The notes under the pieces: model-generated
The model's database searches: none
Told to the model about the DNA's origin: nothing
Seen by the model: the letters and a program-made list of their open reading frames with translations, nothing else
Translations under genes and position numbers: made by a program
IMG/VR virus record: IMGVR_UViG_3300030376_003962
DNA: 31,944 bases
Source of the DNA: an uncultured virus (IMG/VR IMGVR_UViG_3300030376_003962)
Taxonomy: Duplodnaviria > Heunggongvirae > Uroviricota > Caudoviricetes
Reading direction: 5' to 3' (one strand)
In this document: in pieces, positions 6,860 through 17,700 of the stretch
Layout: every line of letters begins with the position of its first letter
How positions within the stretch are numbered: position 1 is the first letter of the stretch

Positions 6860-7939
6860 ATGCCAAAACTATCCTCCCCAAGTGACTTTACTAACATTAA
6901 CCCAAATTATGCAGATGGTAGAGGATTCTATACAACACATACTGATGTGTCCCAGTTATTGCAAATATCACCTTTCACTGCTACCACTACTACACCGACC
7001 ATCGGTGAAGTAGGCAACCTAATCAAGAGAGCAGAGGAAAGAGTGGATGACATTGTAGGACACTCATATCGACCTGTTATCTATCACCATGAATTTCATG
7101 GTTTCGAGGCGTTTCAGATGGGTGCTTATCCTGTTAACAGATACAAGGATTACATCGGCTTCGTTCAATTAGATAGAAACAATGTTCAGAAGATTGTTAG
7201 ATTGGAAGTATGGCAAGGAAATGAGTATGTGGACTTGGCATCCGCAACTGCGAAGATAAAGGTTCCAAGCGGCCCTGAGAGCGGTAATTGGAGAATAGCA
7301 TTAGGAGTCGGGGCATATACATTCCATCTCGATAAAGCAACTGACTTCTTTGACAACTACGGCCCAAAGACAACTGCTAGTCAGATAGCAGATGCAATCA
7401 ACGAGGTATTTCCACACAAGACTGCTAAGTTCACTGGTGAAACTGTTGCGAAGACTGTAACTGCTGAAGGAGCGGTTGGTGTGAATATATCTGATTTCTT
7501 CTATGCTACAACAGACAGCGAGGCAGGGGATACTGTTGTTATCTCATCTCTGTTGATGGGTGATGACGGCTCCGCATGTACGATAACCTCAACTGTCGGA
7601 ACGGTAACTCAATTCACAGATAACCAAGACCAAAGAAGACTAGGAGACTATTGGACAATCAACAAAGACGGTAAGATATTCTTCTTGAAGAACTATCCAT
7701 ACCTACACTCTCACTCAATTCGAGTGACGTATGTTAGTGGGGAATCTAGGGTTCCTGCTACAATACAGGATGCTGCCACCAAACTAGTTGCAGCAGAGGT
7801 GATACGACACGATGACAACTCTATACTCATTGCTGAGACAGGCTCTAACATAGACTTGAAGACAAAGCATGACATCCTTCTTGAAGAAGCGAATGCCATA
7901 CTGAAGGGAAAGAGAGACATTATTCATTTCATACAGTGA
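6860..7939 (+). CDS. Head-tail adaptor/connector (SPP1 gp15 / HK97 gp6-like) with internal insertion
   Basis: N-terminal 'YTTHTDVSQLL...LIKRAEERVDDIVGHSY' and C-terminal 'IRVTYVSG..RVPATIQDAATKLVAAEVI' are typical adaptor signatures, and the gene lies before the neck and tail genes. Confidence 0.75.
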   Translation: MPKLSSPSDFTNINPNYADGRGFYTTHTDVSQLLQISPFTATTTTPTIGEVGNLIKRAEERVDDIVGHSYRPVIYHHEFHGFEAFQMGAYPVNRYKDYIGFVQLDRNNVQKIVRLEVWQGNEYVDLASATAKIKVPSGPESGNWRIALGVGAYTFHLDKATDFFDNYGPKTTASQIADAINEVFPHKTAKFTGETVAKTVTAEGAVGVNISDFFYATTDSEAGDTVVISSLLMGDDGSACTITSTVGTVTQFTDNQDQRRLGDYWTINKDGKIFFLKNYPYLHSHSIRVTYVSGESRVPATIQDAATKLVAAEVIRHDDNSILIAETGSNIDLKTKHDILLEEANAILKGKRDIIHFIQ

Positions 7940-7943
7940 TTAT

Positions 7944-8141
7944 ATGGGCGATTCAGATAGGATATTCAATGAGATTCTTGCTCTAGAGAAGGAGCGCAAC
8001 AAAGCCCTGAAGGAAATGGAGGGCATATTGGGATTCGATATCAGTTTCTCTGATGAGATGGTCATGAGGAATGCTAGAGATACGTTTGCTAAGGCGTATG
8101 ATAAGGAACTTAAGGAGAAGTTGAAGAAATGGATGAAGTGA
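7944..8141 (+). CDS. Small helical hypothetical protein in the neck region (65 aa)
   Basis: Fills the gap between the adaptor and the next gene and overlaps the next start by 13 nt. Confidence 0.6.
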   Translation: MGDSDRIFNEILALEKERNKALKEMEGILGFDISFSDEMVMRNARDTFAKAYDKELKEKLKKWMK

Positions 8142-8671
8142 CTTTTGTAATCAGACTGTTGCAAGACAACTGGACATCTTCAACAACAGCATTAGCAGCA
8201 GCAGGCACTATCACGCAGAGCCACGTTGTCGGCACTGATGATATGTTATTCATAGATGTCAGGTCAATTGAACCGAAACAAGGGAGACGAGTAGATGTCG
8301 ATTCTGACGCAGTGATAATCGTGTACGAAGATAGTTCCGCCACCTCCTACCCAACCATCGATTATTCTGCTAGAAATGAGGACTTCTCTTTTACCCTTCA
8401 TTTGAGGGTTTTACACAGGAGAGATATGACTAGTAATACGTTTTCTAGAGATAGGTTAGAGGCATTATACAAGATAGTCAGACATATTTTAGAAAACAAT
8501 GCTTTTAGGCCAGCAGTATATGCAACACCTGCCGACAGCAGTTCGGCAACTTTAGGAGATGCCGATTTAATACGATTAACTTCAAGAAACGAGGCTAATG
8601 ATAGAGGGAAAAGACTATTGGGATACAAGATTGGAGTCGAATTAAAGCGATTTGCTAGATGTACGTTGTGA
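8129..8671 (+). CDS. Probable tail terminator / tail-completion protein (180 aa)
   Basis: Lies immediately before the tail tube gene. The alpha/beta pattern 'FSFTLHLRVLH...RLEALYKIVRHILE...YKIGVEL' is consistent with lambda gpU / SPP1 gp17-like proteins. Confidence 0.55.
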   Translation: MDEVTFVIRLLQDNWTSSTTALAAAGTITQSHVVGTDDMLFIDVRSIEPKQGRRVDVDSDAVIIVYEDSSATSYPTIDYSARNEDFSFTLHLRVLHRRDMTSNTFSRDRLEALYKIVRHILENNAFRPAVYATPADSSSATLGDADLIRLTSRNEANDRGKRLLGYKIGVELKRFARCTL

Positions 8672-8682
8672 GGGAATGAAAA

Positions 8683-10230
8683 ATGGTAAGCAATGAAGTA
8701 TTTGTAGGAGCAAACGCACAAGTCGGAATGAGTCCTGAGTTGGATTTGTATTTTCAGGATGCCGTTCTTAGTGGTGGGGTAACTCTGACTCTATCTTCAG
8801 GGCAACAAGCCTTGATTCACTTAGTTCCTAACCTATACGTCGGTTGCACAATCAAGATTGATGACCTAAGCAGTAACGATGCAGTATCATATCGAACTGT
8901 GACAGCAAACAATGCCACTACCATAACCATAGACTCAGCCCCAACCGACTCTAATGGTACTGCTGTTACTTCTGATACTGGCTTAGATGCAACAATACTT
9001 GCTTTTGGTGCGCCTCTCTATGCTTCTAGAGACGGTATCACAAACACTAGGATTCACTCTGACAGTTGGCTTGGATTGGTAAACACGTTCACACCACCAA
9101 GCGTGGAGGTGGAAATGAAGCAACTCAACCTTGCTGCCGCAGGTGGAAGAAACTTCGACTATCAGTACAAGGGAGCGGAGACTGTAAGCGGTGGCTCATT
9201 GGACGTATCGATGAACAATGGCTCTTGGTTATATTACGCATTAGGTAAACTCACCTATACTCTCTCAGGCACTCATACTGCTTTATCAGGAACTAACGGT
9301 GAGAATGGTATTGCTGTCAATGCATCAGCCAACAGAATAGTCAGAACGTATGAACACAACAATTACCCTGAGATAAATGATGGCTCAGGTGCTGACTTAG
9401 CAGCAACCGCACTAACTGTATACAACAACACAGATATGTTCAACTACACTTTCACAGAAGCAGATGATGATGTTCTGCCTTCTTTCGCTCTTGATGTGGT
9501 TTACAGGAAATCCGGTCAGACGAACACCACTGACATAGATGACCTGACCCCGCATGAGAATATGTACAGCGTACTATACACCGGATGTCAGGTAAACAGC
9601 CTCGCTTTGAACTTTGAAGAGGGGCAGGAACTGAAGGCAAGTGTCGATATGGTATCCCGAAGTGCTTTCGACCCACCATCCAACTACGTCCCTCTAGGTG
9701 GAAACGCCTCTCTATCCGCATTAAACAGCGTAGAGAATGGTAGGGGTATGGTAAATTACAGCGATACCAAGGAGGACAACTATCCATTCTTGTTCTCTGA
9801 TGGCTCTATCAAACTATTCGGTCAAACGATGGCTAGAGTAAAGAGCGGTTCTCTTACCATAACTAACAACCTACAGCCACAGAGATTCATAGGACAGTAC
9901 AACAGGAAGATAACCTCCGCTCATCTGCCGGGTCAGAGAACTTACGACATAACACTAACCATGTTAATCACAGACACAAAACTGTGGGATGAGATGAGGC
10001 AGAAAGAAGAATCAACAGGTGTTTTACAATTAACATTCGAGAAGAGTGGTGGGGAGAAGATAGAGATAAAACTGAATGACTACCTAATTAACTCAGTTAC
10101 TGTTCCTTTCCCTGAAGACAAGGGGCCAATCGAAGTAGAAGTGGCCGCTACTGCTAGGACGTTGACCAGTGCAACCTACACAGGCAAGTGGGCAATCCAA
10201 ACATTAGGCGGAACTGCAACAGGTAATTAG
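8683..10230 (+). CDS. Major tail tube protein with inserted domains (515 aa)
   Basis: Tube-type motifs 'YTGCQVNSLALNFEEGQELKASVDMVS', 'ARVKSGSLTITNNL', 'GQRTYDITLTM' and 'GPIEVEVAATA'. Followed by a terminator, the chaperone and the tape measure gene. Confidence 0.8.
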   Translation: MVSNEVFVGANAQVGMSPELDLYFQDAVLSGGVTLTLSSGQQALIHLVPNLYVGCTIKIDDLSSNDAVSYRTVTANNATTITIDSAPTDSNGTAVTSDTGLDATILAFGAPLYASRDGITNTRIHSDSWLGLVNTFTPPSVEVEMKQLNLAAAGGRNFDYQYKGAETVSGGSLDVSMNNGSWLYYALGKLTYTLSGTHTALSGTNGENGIAVNASANRIVRTYEHNNYPEINDGSGADLAATALTVYNNTDMFNYTFTEADDDVLPSFALDVVYRKSGQTNTTDIDDLTPHENMYSVLYTGCQVNSLALNFEEGQELKASVDMVSRSAFDPPSNYVPLGGNASLSALNSVENGRGMVNYSDTKEDNYPFLFSDGSIKLFGQTMARVKSGSLTITNNLQPQRFIGQYNRKITSAHLPGQRTYDITLTMLITDTKLWDEMRQKEESTGVLQLTFEKSGGEKIEIKLNDYLINSVTVPFPEDKGPIEVEVAATARTLTSATYTGKWAIQTLGGTATGN

Positions 10231-10265
10231 GAGGCGTAACCAAACAGGTCACGCTATCCTTTTTT
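10229..10265 (+). terminator. Imperfect hairpin plus T tract after the tail tube gene
   Basis: AGGAGGCGTAACC-aaaca-GGTCACGCTATCCT (one bulge, one mismatch) running into TTTTTT at 10260-10265. Confidence 0.6.
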
Positions 10266-10317
10266 CGATTCCACCAACACGTTTGTTTGTTGGTATATTA
10301 GTTAGGTGGAAAGAAAA

Positions 10318-10686
10318 ATGACAGAAAGAAAAATTGTAAGTGATAAGAACATGCTGTTCGCAAGAGCAGCAACCGAATGCCATCAGATTAGGGTAGCCCC
10401 TGACTCTGATGAATACCTCCAAGTTTGGATTAAGGAACCGACTTGGCTACAGGTAGAACAGGCGTTGTCGTCTGTTATGGACATGGATGCTCAGGGTCAA
10501 ACTATGGGCATCAATCTAAACAAGATGTATAGATACATGGTTGAGAACTTCGTAGAGAAGACTGAGCCTCAACTGTCTACTACCGACTTAATCAGACTCA
10601 ACCCGTACATCGGGGCGCAACTGAAAGAAATTCTCCCCAATCCATTCGTGGATGTCATAGGGGATGATACGGGAAACGAAAACTAA
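10318..10686 (+). CDS. Tail assembly chaperone (lambda gpG-like), 122 aa
   Basis: Lies between the tube and tape measure genes, with AGGTGG SD before ATG 10318. It ends in an in-frame slippery heptamer G GGA AAC. Confidence 0.8.
   Translation: MTERKIVSDKNMLFARAATECHQIRVAPDSDEYLQVWIKEPTWLQVEQALSSVMDMDAQGQTMGINLNKMYRYMVENFVEKTEPQLSTTDLIRLNPYIGAQLKEILPNPFVDVIGDDTGNEN
10671..10677 (+). promoter_or_regulatory. Programmed -1 ribosomal frameshift site G GGA AAC
   Basis: X XXY YYZ heptamer in the correct phase (acG GGA AAC gaa aac TAA), with the -1 frame open to 10886. Confidence 0.8.
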
Positions 10687-10886
10687 TCCGAAGAGGTCTG
10701 AAAGGTGGAAGTGTGAGCAGTGAGGTGGCAATGAAGATTATGCTATACACCTACTGCACTACTTTCTCCATCAACCCTTTGGAGGCTTATGATACACCAG
10801 TATCCGTAGTGAAGGAAATGTTGGAAATACATGGAGAGATAAAGAGACTGGAATCGGAGGCGATGAAAGAAGGAACTAAGAAGTGA
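10677..10886 (+). CDS. Frameshift extension of the tail chaperone (gpGT-like C-terminal part, 69 aa; not in ORF track)
   Basis: The -1 frame reads RKLIRRGLKGGSVSSEVAMKIMLYTYCTTFSINPLEAYDTPVSVVKEMLEIHGEIKRLESEAMKEGTKK* and exactly fills the gap before the TMP. Confidence 0.75.
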   Translation, partial: RKLIRRGLKGGSVSSEVAMKIMLYTYCTTFSINPLEAYDTPVSVVKEMLEIHGEIKRLESEAMKEGTKK

Positions 10887-10892
10887 TTGATA

Positions 10893-12884
10893 ATGGTGGA
10901 TTCAGGCATACAAGAAGATATCAAGGAACTTCGTGAAGAGTTTGAGGGTGTTGACCGAGCCATTATCGATGGCGCAAAAAACATGAAAAGTCTACAATCA
11001 ACGCTCAGTAAGACAAATGCGGTTTTAGGCTCAAAGAATTGGGAGATATTCTCTCGGTTCATTTCAGGAACAGGGCTTTGGCGAGTTCAGAATAGAGTCA
11101 AGGCCACTGTTCAACTTCTCAATGAGATGGCTAGTTCCACAGAGAGAAGAAGGCTAGAGCAAGTAAAGCAACTCAAGACCTACGCAGAGATTGCAGAACA
11201 AGCAGAAGAAATACAAAAAATACAGGACAACATAGAATTGGCTGAGAAAAGCACTGGACAGGCTAGAGAGAAAGCAATAGTGGCTTTGCAGGGCCAGTCT
11301 CAGATATTCGGTGGACTACTCTTTCAGTATCAAGACTCAAACAAAGCCCTCACGGAAATGTCCCTGTTGCTGGACAGACAGACTAAGGACATGGAGAAGT
11401 TAGAGAAAATTGCAACTAAAACAGCAAGAAGAAGAAAAGAGGGGCTGATTACCAATTCATTGACATTCAAGATGGCTAGTGGATTGTCGGAGAAGATGAA
11501 GAGTGTCTTTGAAAGCACGAAAGGAATAGCATCTACAAAATTAGACAAAATAAAAGACTTTGCTGAAGGAAAAAAAGAAGAATTCTTTGGAATCAGCGAA
11601 GAAGAGATTGCTGCGAGATTCGAGGCAATGGGTCGCAAAGAGAGCGATAAAGACTTTGTAAAGATGGCTGAAGATGGAAAGCCGGGCAAGATTGGAAAAG
11701 GTGCGGGTTCTTTTGCTAGTAAAGAACAGATAGAAGAATTCAACAAACTAGTGCTATTGGCAGAGGAAAGCAGAAGAACGAGAAAGAAAATGAGAAGAAA
11801 AACTTCTGCTTTCTTCAAGTTCGCCACTACACCACTTAGAAACATAGCAAATCAAATGGTTAGACTAGGAGGGGGAATACTAAAGATTGTCAAATACATG
11901 GGAATGGCAGTAGGATACCTGTTAATCCTAATGCTAGGTCTCACTCTATTGAAGAGCGTGTTCACGGATACGAAGGACGAACTAGCAGTGGGTTTTGCTG
12001 CAATGAAGGAAGTATTCGCAATAGGCATGGCAATCGTGTCGGACGGGCTAGGTGATGCCAAAGATGCATTACAGAAAATATGGGCTGGTTTTCAACAAGG
12101 TGACATAGAGAAGGTGGTAATAGGTGCAGGACAACTACTACTGGCAGGTATTCAGATACTAGGTGGGTTGCTGGTTGCTACATTAGGAGCGGTTCTTGTT
12201 GGCATTGGAAAATACCTCTCAGCACTCTACAAGCGATTTTACGCTGTTGCCAAAGAAGAATTTGGTAGTGCTAGAGCAGCAATAATAGGAGCGTCATTGA
12301 AAGTAATAGGAATCATTGGAAAGATAGTAGCAGGAGTGGCTTTCCTCGCCTTTTTCTTTGGCGGTGGTTGGATTGCTCTATTAGTTGCTGGAATCGCTAT
12401 AGTAGTCTTTAAAGCAGCAGAATTTCTCTATCAGTATTCTGAGGAAATAGCAAATGTTCTGTTTGGAATAAAGGATTTTCTCTCAGATATTTGGGGATGG
12501 GCTACCTCTTTAGTAGAGCAACTAGTTAGTGGTATAGGTAAAGAGATTAGCAAAGCATTGGGATTTGGCAAAAGAACTTATAATAAAGTCAAGAATTTCG
12601 GAAGCAATGTTCTTGGATTAGCAGAAGGCGGAAAGATAAGTCAAGGTGGTCTTGCTATAGTTGGGGAACGTGGCCCTGAACTGGTCACACTTCCTAGAGG
12701 GGCGCAAGTACATTCTAATTCACAATCTAAGGCAATGGCTTCCTCAGTTACGAATCACATAACAGTACAAGTCACAGGAAGAGTTGGTGCTTCTGATACC
12801 GAGATACGAGACATCGCAAACAAGGTAGCAAGAGAAATCAACACTAGAATGAATAGGACTTCTACATCGGTGGTGAGATTTTAA
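10893..12884 (+). CDS. Tail tape measure protein (663 aa)
   Basis: Long helical N-terminal half, a hydrophobic G/A/I/L-rich central region, and the typical TMP C-terminal motif 'LAEGGKISQGGLAIVGERGPELVTLPRGAQVHSN'. Follows the chaperone. Confidence 0.88.
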   Translation: MVDSGIQEDIKELREEFEGVDRAIIDGAKNMKSLQSTLSKTNAVLGSKNWEIFSRFISGTGLWRVQNRVKATVQLLNEMASSTERRRLEQVKQLKTYAEIAEQAEEIQKIQDNIELAEKSTGQAREKAIVALQGQSQIFGGLLFQYQDSNKALTEMSLLLDRQTKDMEKLEKIATKTARRRKEGLITNSLTFKMASGLSEKMKSVFESTKGIASTKLDKIKDFAEGKKEEFFGISEEEIAARFEAMGRKESDKDFVKMAEDGKPGKIGKGAGSFASKEQIEEFNKLVLLAEESRRTRKKMRRKTSAFFKFATTPLRNIANQMVRLGGGILKIVKYMGMAVGYLLILMLGLTLLKSVFTDTKDELAVGFAAMKEVFAIGMAIVSDGLGDAKDALQKIWAGFQQGDIEKVVIGAGQLLLAGIQILGGLLVATLGAVLVGIGKYLSALYKRFYAVAKEEFGSARAAIIGASLKVIGIIGKIVAGVAFLAFFFGGGWIALLVAGIAIVVFKAAEFLYQYSEEIANVLFGIKDFLSDIWGWATSLVEQLVSGIGKEISKALGFGKRTYNKVKNFGSNVLGLAEGGKISQGGLAIVGERGPELVTLPRGAQVHSNSQSKAMASSVTNHITVQVTGRVGASDTEIRDIANKVAREINTRMNRTSTSVVRF

Positions 12885-13636
12885 TGGCAACGAGTGACAG
12901 TTACAGCAACTTCAGCGTGTGGCTGGAATTACAGAGAAGAAATGAGATAGGTGGAGATAGGGCGGTTAACAGAATACCTCTGTTCATCACAGAAATAAAC
13001 ATCATCACGACTAAGACCGTTCCCACTATACCTGTTCCATTCAAAGCAGTGTTTACCGGAGAGTCAGAGACCCTTGCTTTCGATATGGGAATAGCACAGA
13101 AGTCGATATCCTTGACAGGAGTATTGTTGAATCAAAGAGTGTCGAAGGACTCAGGGGAGAATGACGGTTCGCCCAAAGAGAGAATACTATCTCCGTTTGA
13201 GATGGCACAGTTGATTCACTCCTACGTTGATAGCAGTGCGGCACAGGATGACCAATCGATGAACAAACTAATCATCTTGATGCCTAGTAGAATAGACACT
13301 AACTTTGAATATCACACAGCAGGTGATGAAACCAAGGATATATCAGAACTACCGCTGATTCCTTTCACCTTTAAAAATAGAAGATACGATGAGAGATTCA
13401 AAAGAGTATTCAATGATTTAGTGGATAATGTTACTGATAATTCCCTTGTGAATCTTCAAGAGACAGAGACTTCACTATTCGCAGATGTTTCATCTGCTGA
13501 CGAGTTATCGGGAATGTCGGGATTCATACGTTCTTTCAACACAACCTTTGCAGGAGAGCAGGGGAACACAGTGCCATTCACCTTAGAATTTGAAGTTGCT
13601 AGGGTCTTATCGGAGAACCCAATCAACAGTTTGTAG
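12884..13636 (+). CDS. Probable distal tail (Dit-like) protein, 250 aa
   Basis: TAATG-coupled to the TMP. Tube-fold-like motifs 'DMGIAQKSISLTGVL' and 'GFIRSFNTTFAGEQGNTVPFTLEFEV'. Confidence 0.6.
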   Translation: MATSDSYSNFSVWLELQRRNEIGGDRAVNRIPLFITEINIITTKTVPTIPVPFKAVFTGESETLAFDMGIAQKSISLTGVLLNQRVSKDSGENDGSPKERILSPFEMAQLIHSYVDSSAAQDDQSMNKLIILMPSRIDTNFEYHTAGDETKDISELPLIPFTFKNRRYDERFKRVFNDLVDNVTDNSLVNLQETETSLFADVSSADELSGMSGFIRSFNTTFAGEQGNTVPFTLEFEVARVLSENPINSL

Positions 13637-13644
13637 GTGAAGAG

Positions 13645-14700
13645 ATGGCAACAACAGCGCACATAGGAGAATCAAGAGCATTGATTTTTCCCGTAATGTG
13701 CGATGGACATCTGAAAATAGAGTATGATGACTACAACACGAATGACTCAAAGCATAAGTTGTGGGACTGTGGTGGGCCGTTCTCAATAGAGGCGATACTG
13801 ACTCCCTATGATGTAAACGGAGTGGGCCATAGAGACTCAGGCCAAGGACGGCTAGATAGCACGAAGACGCCACCAAGCCCGAACCTGTCTTTGGATGACC
13901 ATGCAGATACAACTTCCAATTATGAGAGCGTGTCCTATTTCGGTGCTGGAAGAAACACGCATAAGATGATGATATTCTGCAATGACTATCTAAAATTCTA
14001 CTTGCAGAATACAACATCATCGAACTTCAACCAACCAGCAGAATACAAGATAGTGGTAGAATTGACCGATTCTCTTAGTACGCCGATAACACATACTGTT
14101 GCAAGTGAACCAGTATTCATCTCTCAGAAGAATCTTGTAGGCTACTATGACCCTGAAGGGCTATACAATGGGATATCAACAGACAAAACAAACGTGACCA
14201 CTAGTGCAAGTGGCTCAGGAAATAACATAACAGTTGGTTCAGGTGAAGCCGATGACATAGGTGCTGGTAATCAAATATACAACAACAGTGGAGTATTGAT
14301 AGGAACCGTTGCATCTGTCTCAGGAAATACCATCACATTATCGGATACTCCGGCAACGGCAGTAACATCCACTATATACAGAGACCAGCAAAGAGAGGCA
14401 TTGTATCTAGAGCAGACCAATAAAGTAGGAGTGTCCTTCGATAGCAATACCATTACTCTGTATCTGAATAATCAACCAGTAAAGAGAGTGAAGGTTAACA
14501 TCGGTAAGTTCAGATTGGATACGAGTCCGGGTGATTGCTTCATAGGACAGGACGGAAATAACCCGAATAGAAAGGCGACACAATTCATGGGTGAACTCTA
14601 CGAGATTGCATTTCATAAGTCGTCAACTCCATGTGCTAGCATCTCCACGCTTACTCCTAGTTACAATGATATTCTCTTCTACTATTCTTTTGGTGATTGA
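13645..14700 (+). CDS. Tail protein with LamG/concanavalin-A-like domain (351 aa)
   Basis: 'FSIEAILTP', 'VGVSFDSNTITLYLNNQPV' and 'FIGQDG...QFMGELYEIAFH' follow the LamG-like pattern. Confidence 0.65.
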   Translation: MATTAHIGESRALIFPVMCDGHLKIEYDDYNTNDSKHKLWDCGGPFSIEAILTPYDVNGVGHRDSGQGRLDSTKTPPSPNLSLDDHADTTSNYESVSYFGAGRNTHKMMIFCNDYLKFYLQNTTSSNFNQPAEYKIVVELTDSLSTPITHTVASEPVFISQKNLVGYYDPEGLYNGISTDKTNVTTSASGSGNNITVGSGEADDIGAGNQIYNNSGVLIGTVASVSGNTITLSDTPATAVTSTIYRDQQREALYLEQTNKVGVSFDSNTITLYLNNQPVKRVKVNIGKFRLDTSPGDCFIGQDGNNPNRKATQFMGELYEIAFHKSSTPCASISTLTPSYNDILFYYSFGD

Positions 14701-17700
14701 TGATGGCGAAGACAAATGGGACTATCCTCTACCCTCTGAAATCAGGAGTCAATGAATCCCTTGCCGATGAAGCCTATGCAGGTATGGTTACTGAGTTTAC
14801 TACAGGAAAGGCATTCAGGGATGTATCGGTCAATCCTGTATTGAAAGCGACATATGTGGAGTCCGAGACTAGCGGAACTGGAACTGCTACATCTGATGTG
14901 GTTCCATCTGTTATATTCACCGAGATTAGAAAGGGGTCTCATGGTGGCTCTATATCAAATGACAAGGCTGACCAAATAGGAAATAGGCTTCTTCCTAAGA
15001 ATAAGACAATCGCTAACTATGCTACGACTAAGGAAACAACCCCTCCCTTCAAGATAAAGGCATTTGATACCAGTATTAGCACAGGAGAGACAAATAGAAA
15101 GTTTGTATATGCAGATACCTCATTGGGTGTTGCTGTCATTGACTATCCTGCTACTGATGTTATAGCATTGGACATAGAGAGATATGATTACTTCATTATG
15201 TTGAATCCTGAGATATACGATTCATCGACACAGACTGATACTGCAAGACCGCACTTTGCCAAGATAACTAGAATATCTACATTCGATGAGTTTGGGGATG
15301 GCTTGGAGTTCAGTCCTAAGTATCCTACTTCTATACCAAAGGGAACTAACTTTGAGGTATTCAAGGGGCCAGCAAAGACAGATACTGATGTCATGGCTGT
15401 GAGTTATGGTCTTCGTGGTGACAATCAGGCTTCAACGGACAACTATGATGTGCTAAACAGGGTCGATAGACCGACGTTCTACTTCTACAATGACAGGTTG
15501 GAGCAGGATGACCAATTGGACTACATGGAGAAATACACCGTCACTAGATTGAGATGGTATGACTATAATATTGCATTAGGTACAGGGGATAGTGGTAAAT
15601 CTGTTGCTTTCACAAGCAGTAGTGCTGCTTATTCAGCGTTTGAAGAGGGCAGTTCATCGAAGAAACTATTTGTGAATACAGGCAGTTATCCTAATTTTAT
15701 GAATATAGTATTCCAAGGCATGTCGTTGTTCAATGACTCAGATGATAGTTTTGTTGGCAATGTAAAAACAATCAACACTAGTGATAACTCTATTGAGTTG
15801 GATTTCGCTAGGCAAGCATCGACTGCATGGAGAAGCGGTACTTCTACCTTCGGTTTAACATATGGAAAAGGAATACAGAATATAGTATTCAGAACGGAAG
15901 CGAAGTTGAAAGGAACAATAACCAGTATCGGTAGGAGTAAACTAGATGCAACGCTTGTGGATAATCTAAGGACGACTGATGATTTCGATAGCAATTTCAA
16001 TCCGATTCTATGGCATAAGGCATTTCCAAACATGAAGAGACATGCTTCAGATAGCACAACGGCGACATCAGCGACTCTAGATGGCAATCGCACTGGCCCT
16101 TCAAGGTACATAACATTCGACCCAAGACCTCGTAGGAATGATGTTATTCCATTTACTACTGATTTGATTGTCAATAACCCTCAGAACAAAATGACTAAGA
16201 TATTCAAGACTAAGTTACTAAACAACTCAGGATTGATGTCACACAAAATACGAGAGGGTCAGATACTCAAAGCAATGAAGACGACTTTTAGCGATAAGAT
16301 GTCATTCAAGAAATTACCATTCAAAGCATCCAAGGTAGATGGTGCAAATGAGATTCGATTCACAGACATGCTAGATTCCCATGATTATGCTTTGTCCGGC
16401 AAACTCACATCCAATTCCATCATCAAGGTAGGCGACCACTACTACGTGGTCAATGCAGTACAGAGTAAATCTTCAGGTACGCAAGATGTCACAGTGAAAG
16501 CGAATAAGACTCTCAAGGCAACGACATTCACTGTTACTCCAACGGTTCATCACTTTCAGAATGAGAATGTCGAGATTGCTGCTTGGACAGGAGTTCTAAA
16601 CACAGAGAACTTCGATTCCGATACTCAGGTAGTCTATGCAGATGGAAACAGATTGACCGTATCAGGCACAACCATCCCTAAAGAGGAATCTAAGTTCTAT
16701 GATACTAAGGTGGTATTCTCCAACATAAGCACTCATCAGAATCATGTGGATTACATTGACAAGGACATGGAGTATGTCAAATTTCAAGACGCAAGTAGGA
16801 AGTTCTATCAAAATACGAACATACAGCGTTTCTACTATTACACAGACGCATACAATTTACAGGAAGAGGTCTTTGATGGCACAGTTGAGTTGAGCGAGAC
16901 TTCTGCTGAAAACGGACTGTCAACATTGGTGATTGAGGGAAGAGACACCAATGCTTCTTTGTTGAATACACTGATAGACAAGAATCTGTCTTTCTCTGAG
17001 GACATAGTATACAGCACATTGAATCCTATTGTACCAGCATTGAATGAGGCAACTATGGATGTAAGCAGTGTGAATGGTAAGGAAATTATTCATGCTACAA
17101 TAAGTAATTGGAATACGACTGCCAAAGCAAGAACCCTGTTGTTTACTAGGAGTACCACTGAAGCAGAAAATATGATTTTCATTGGAGAGGTAGCATCGGC
17201 ACAAACATCTTTTACAACTCTCACGCATGAGCCTTTAGTTACACTATCCACTACTGCGAATACTGATATCTACTATTATGACCCTCACACTGAAGCAACA
17301 TACCTCTCAGGTAAGAAGGCGATTGGCAGTAATCCATCTATAGCCAACTCTGTTACTGACTTCTCAAGAGTCAGCGACAAGGGCTTGGTGTTCTCTGACT
17401 CGTTCTCATTCGATAGAACCGGAACTAGAACCAAGTTGGAATCAACTTCCAATACCGCTTCATTCGCTGAAGACAGGACACTGGGGTATGACATCGCCAG
17501 CCCGATAAGCATCAACTCATTGAACACCAGCACACTGAATGCAGACTCCGCTTTTGCAGTGCAGTTGTCAAGGGAGACAGGGGTATCAACAACCAAGATT
17601 AACAAGATGACATATGCTTCTGAGATGTTTGATATTGTAGAGACTATCTCAAAGGATGATGGTGGATTCAAGATGTCAATCGCACCGATTTGTCCTTTGG

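Noticed and set aside
8683..10230. 515-aa protein as a contractile tail sheath
   Set aside because: Its motifs are tube-like and it is followed directly by chaperone and TMP with no separate tube gene. The extra size is explained by inserted domains.
10884..10895. TGA readthrough fusing the frameshifted chaperone to the in-frame TMP
   Set aside because: The same frame has a one-in-three chance, the TMP has its own ATG 6 nt later, and no readthrough signal is evident.
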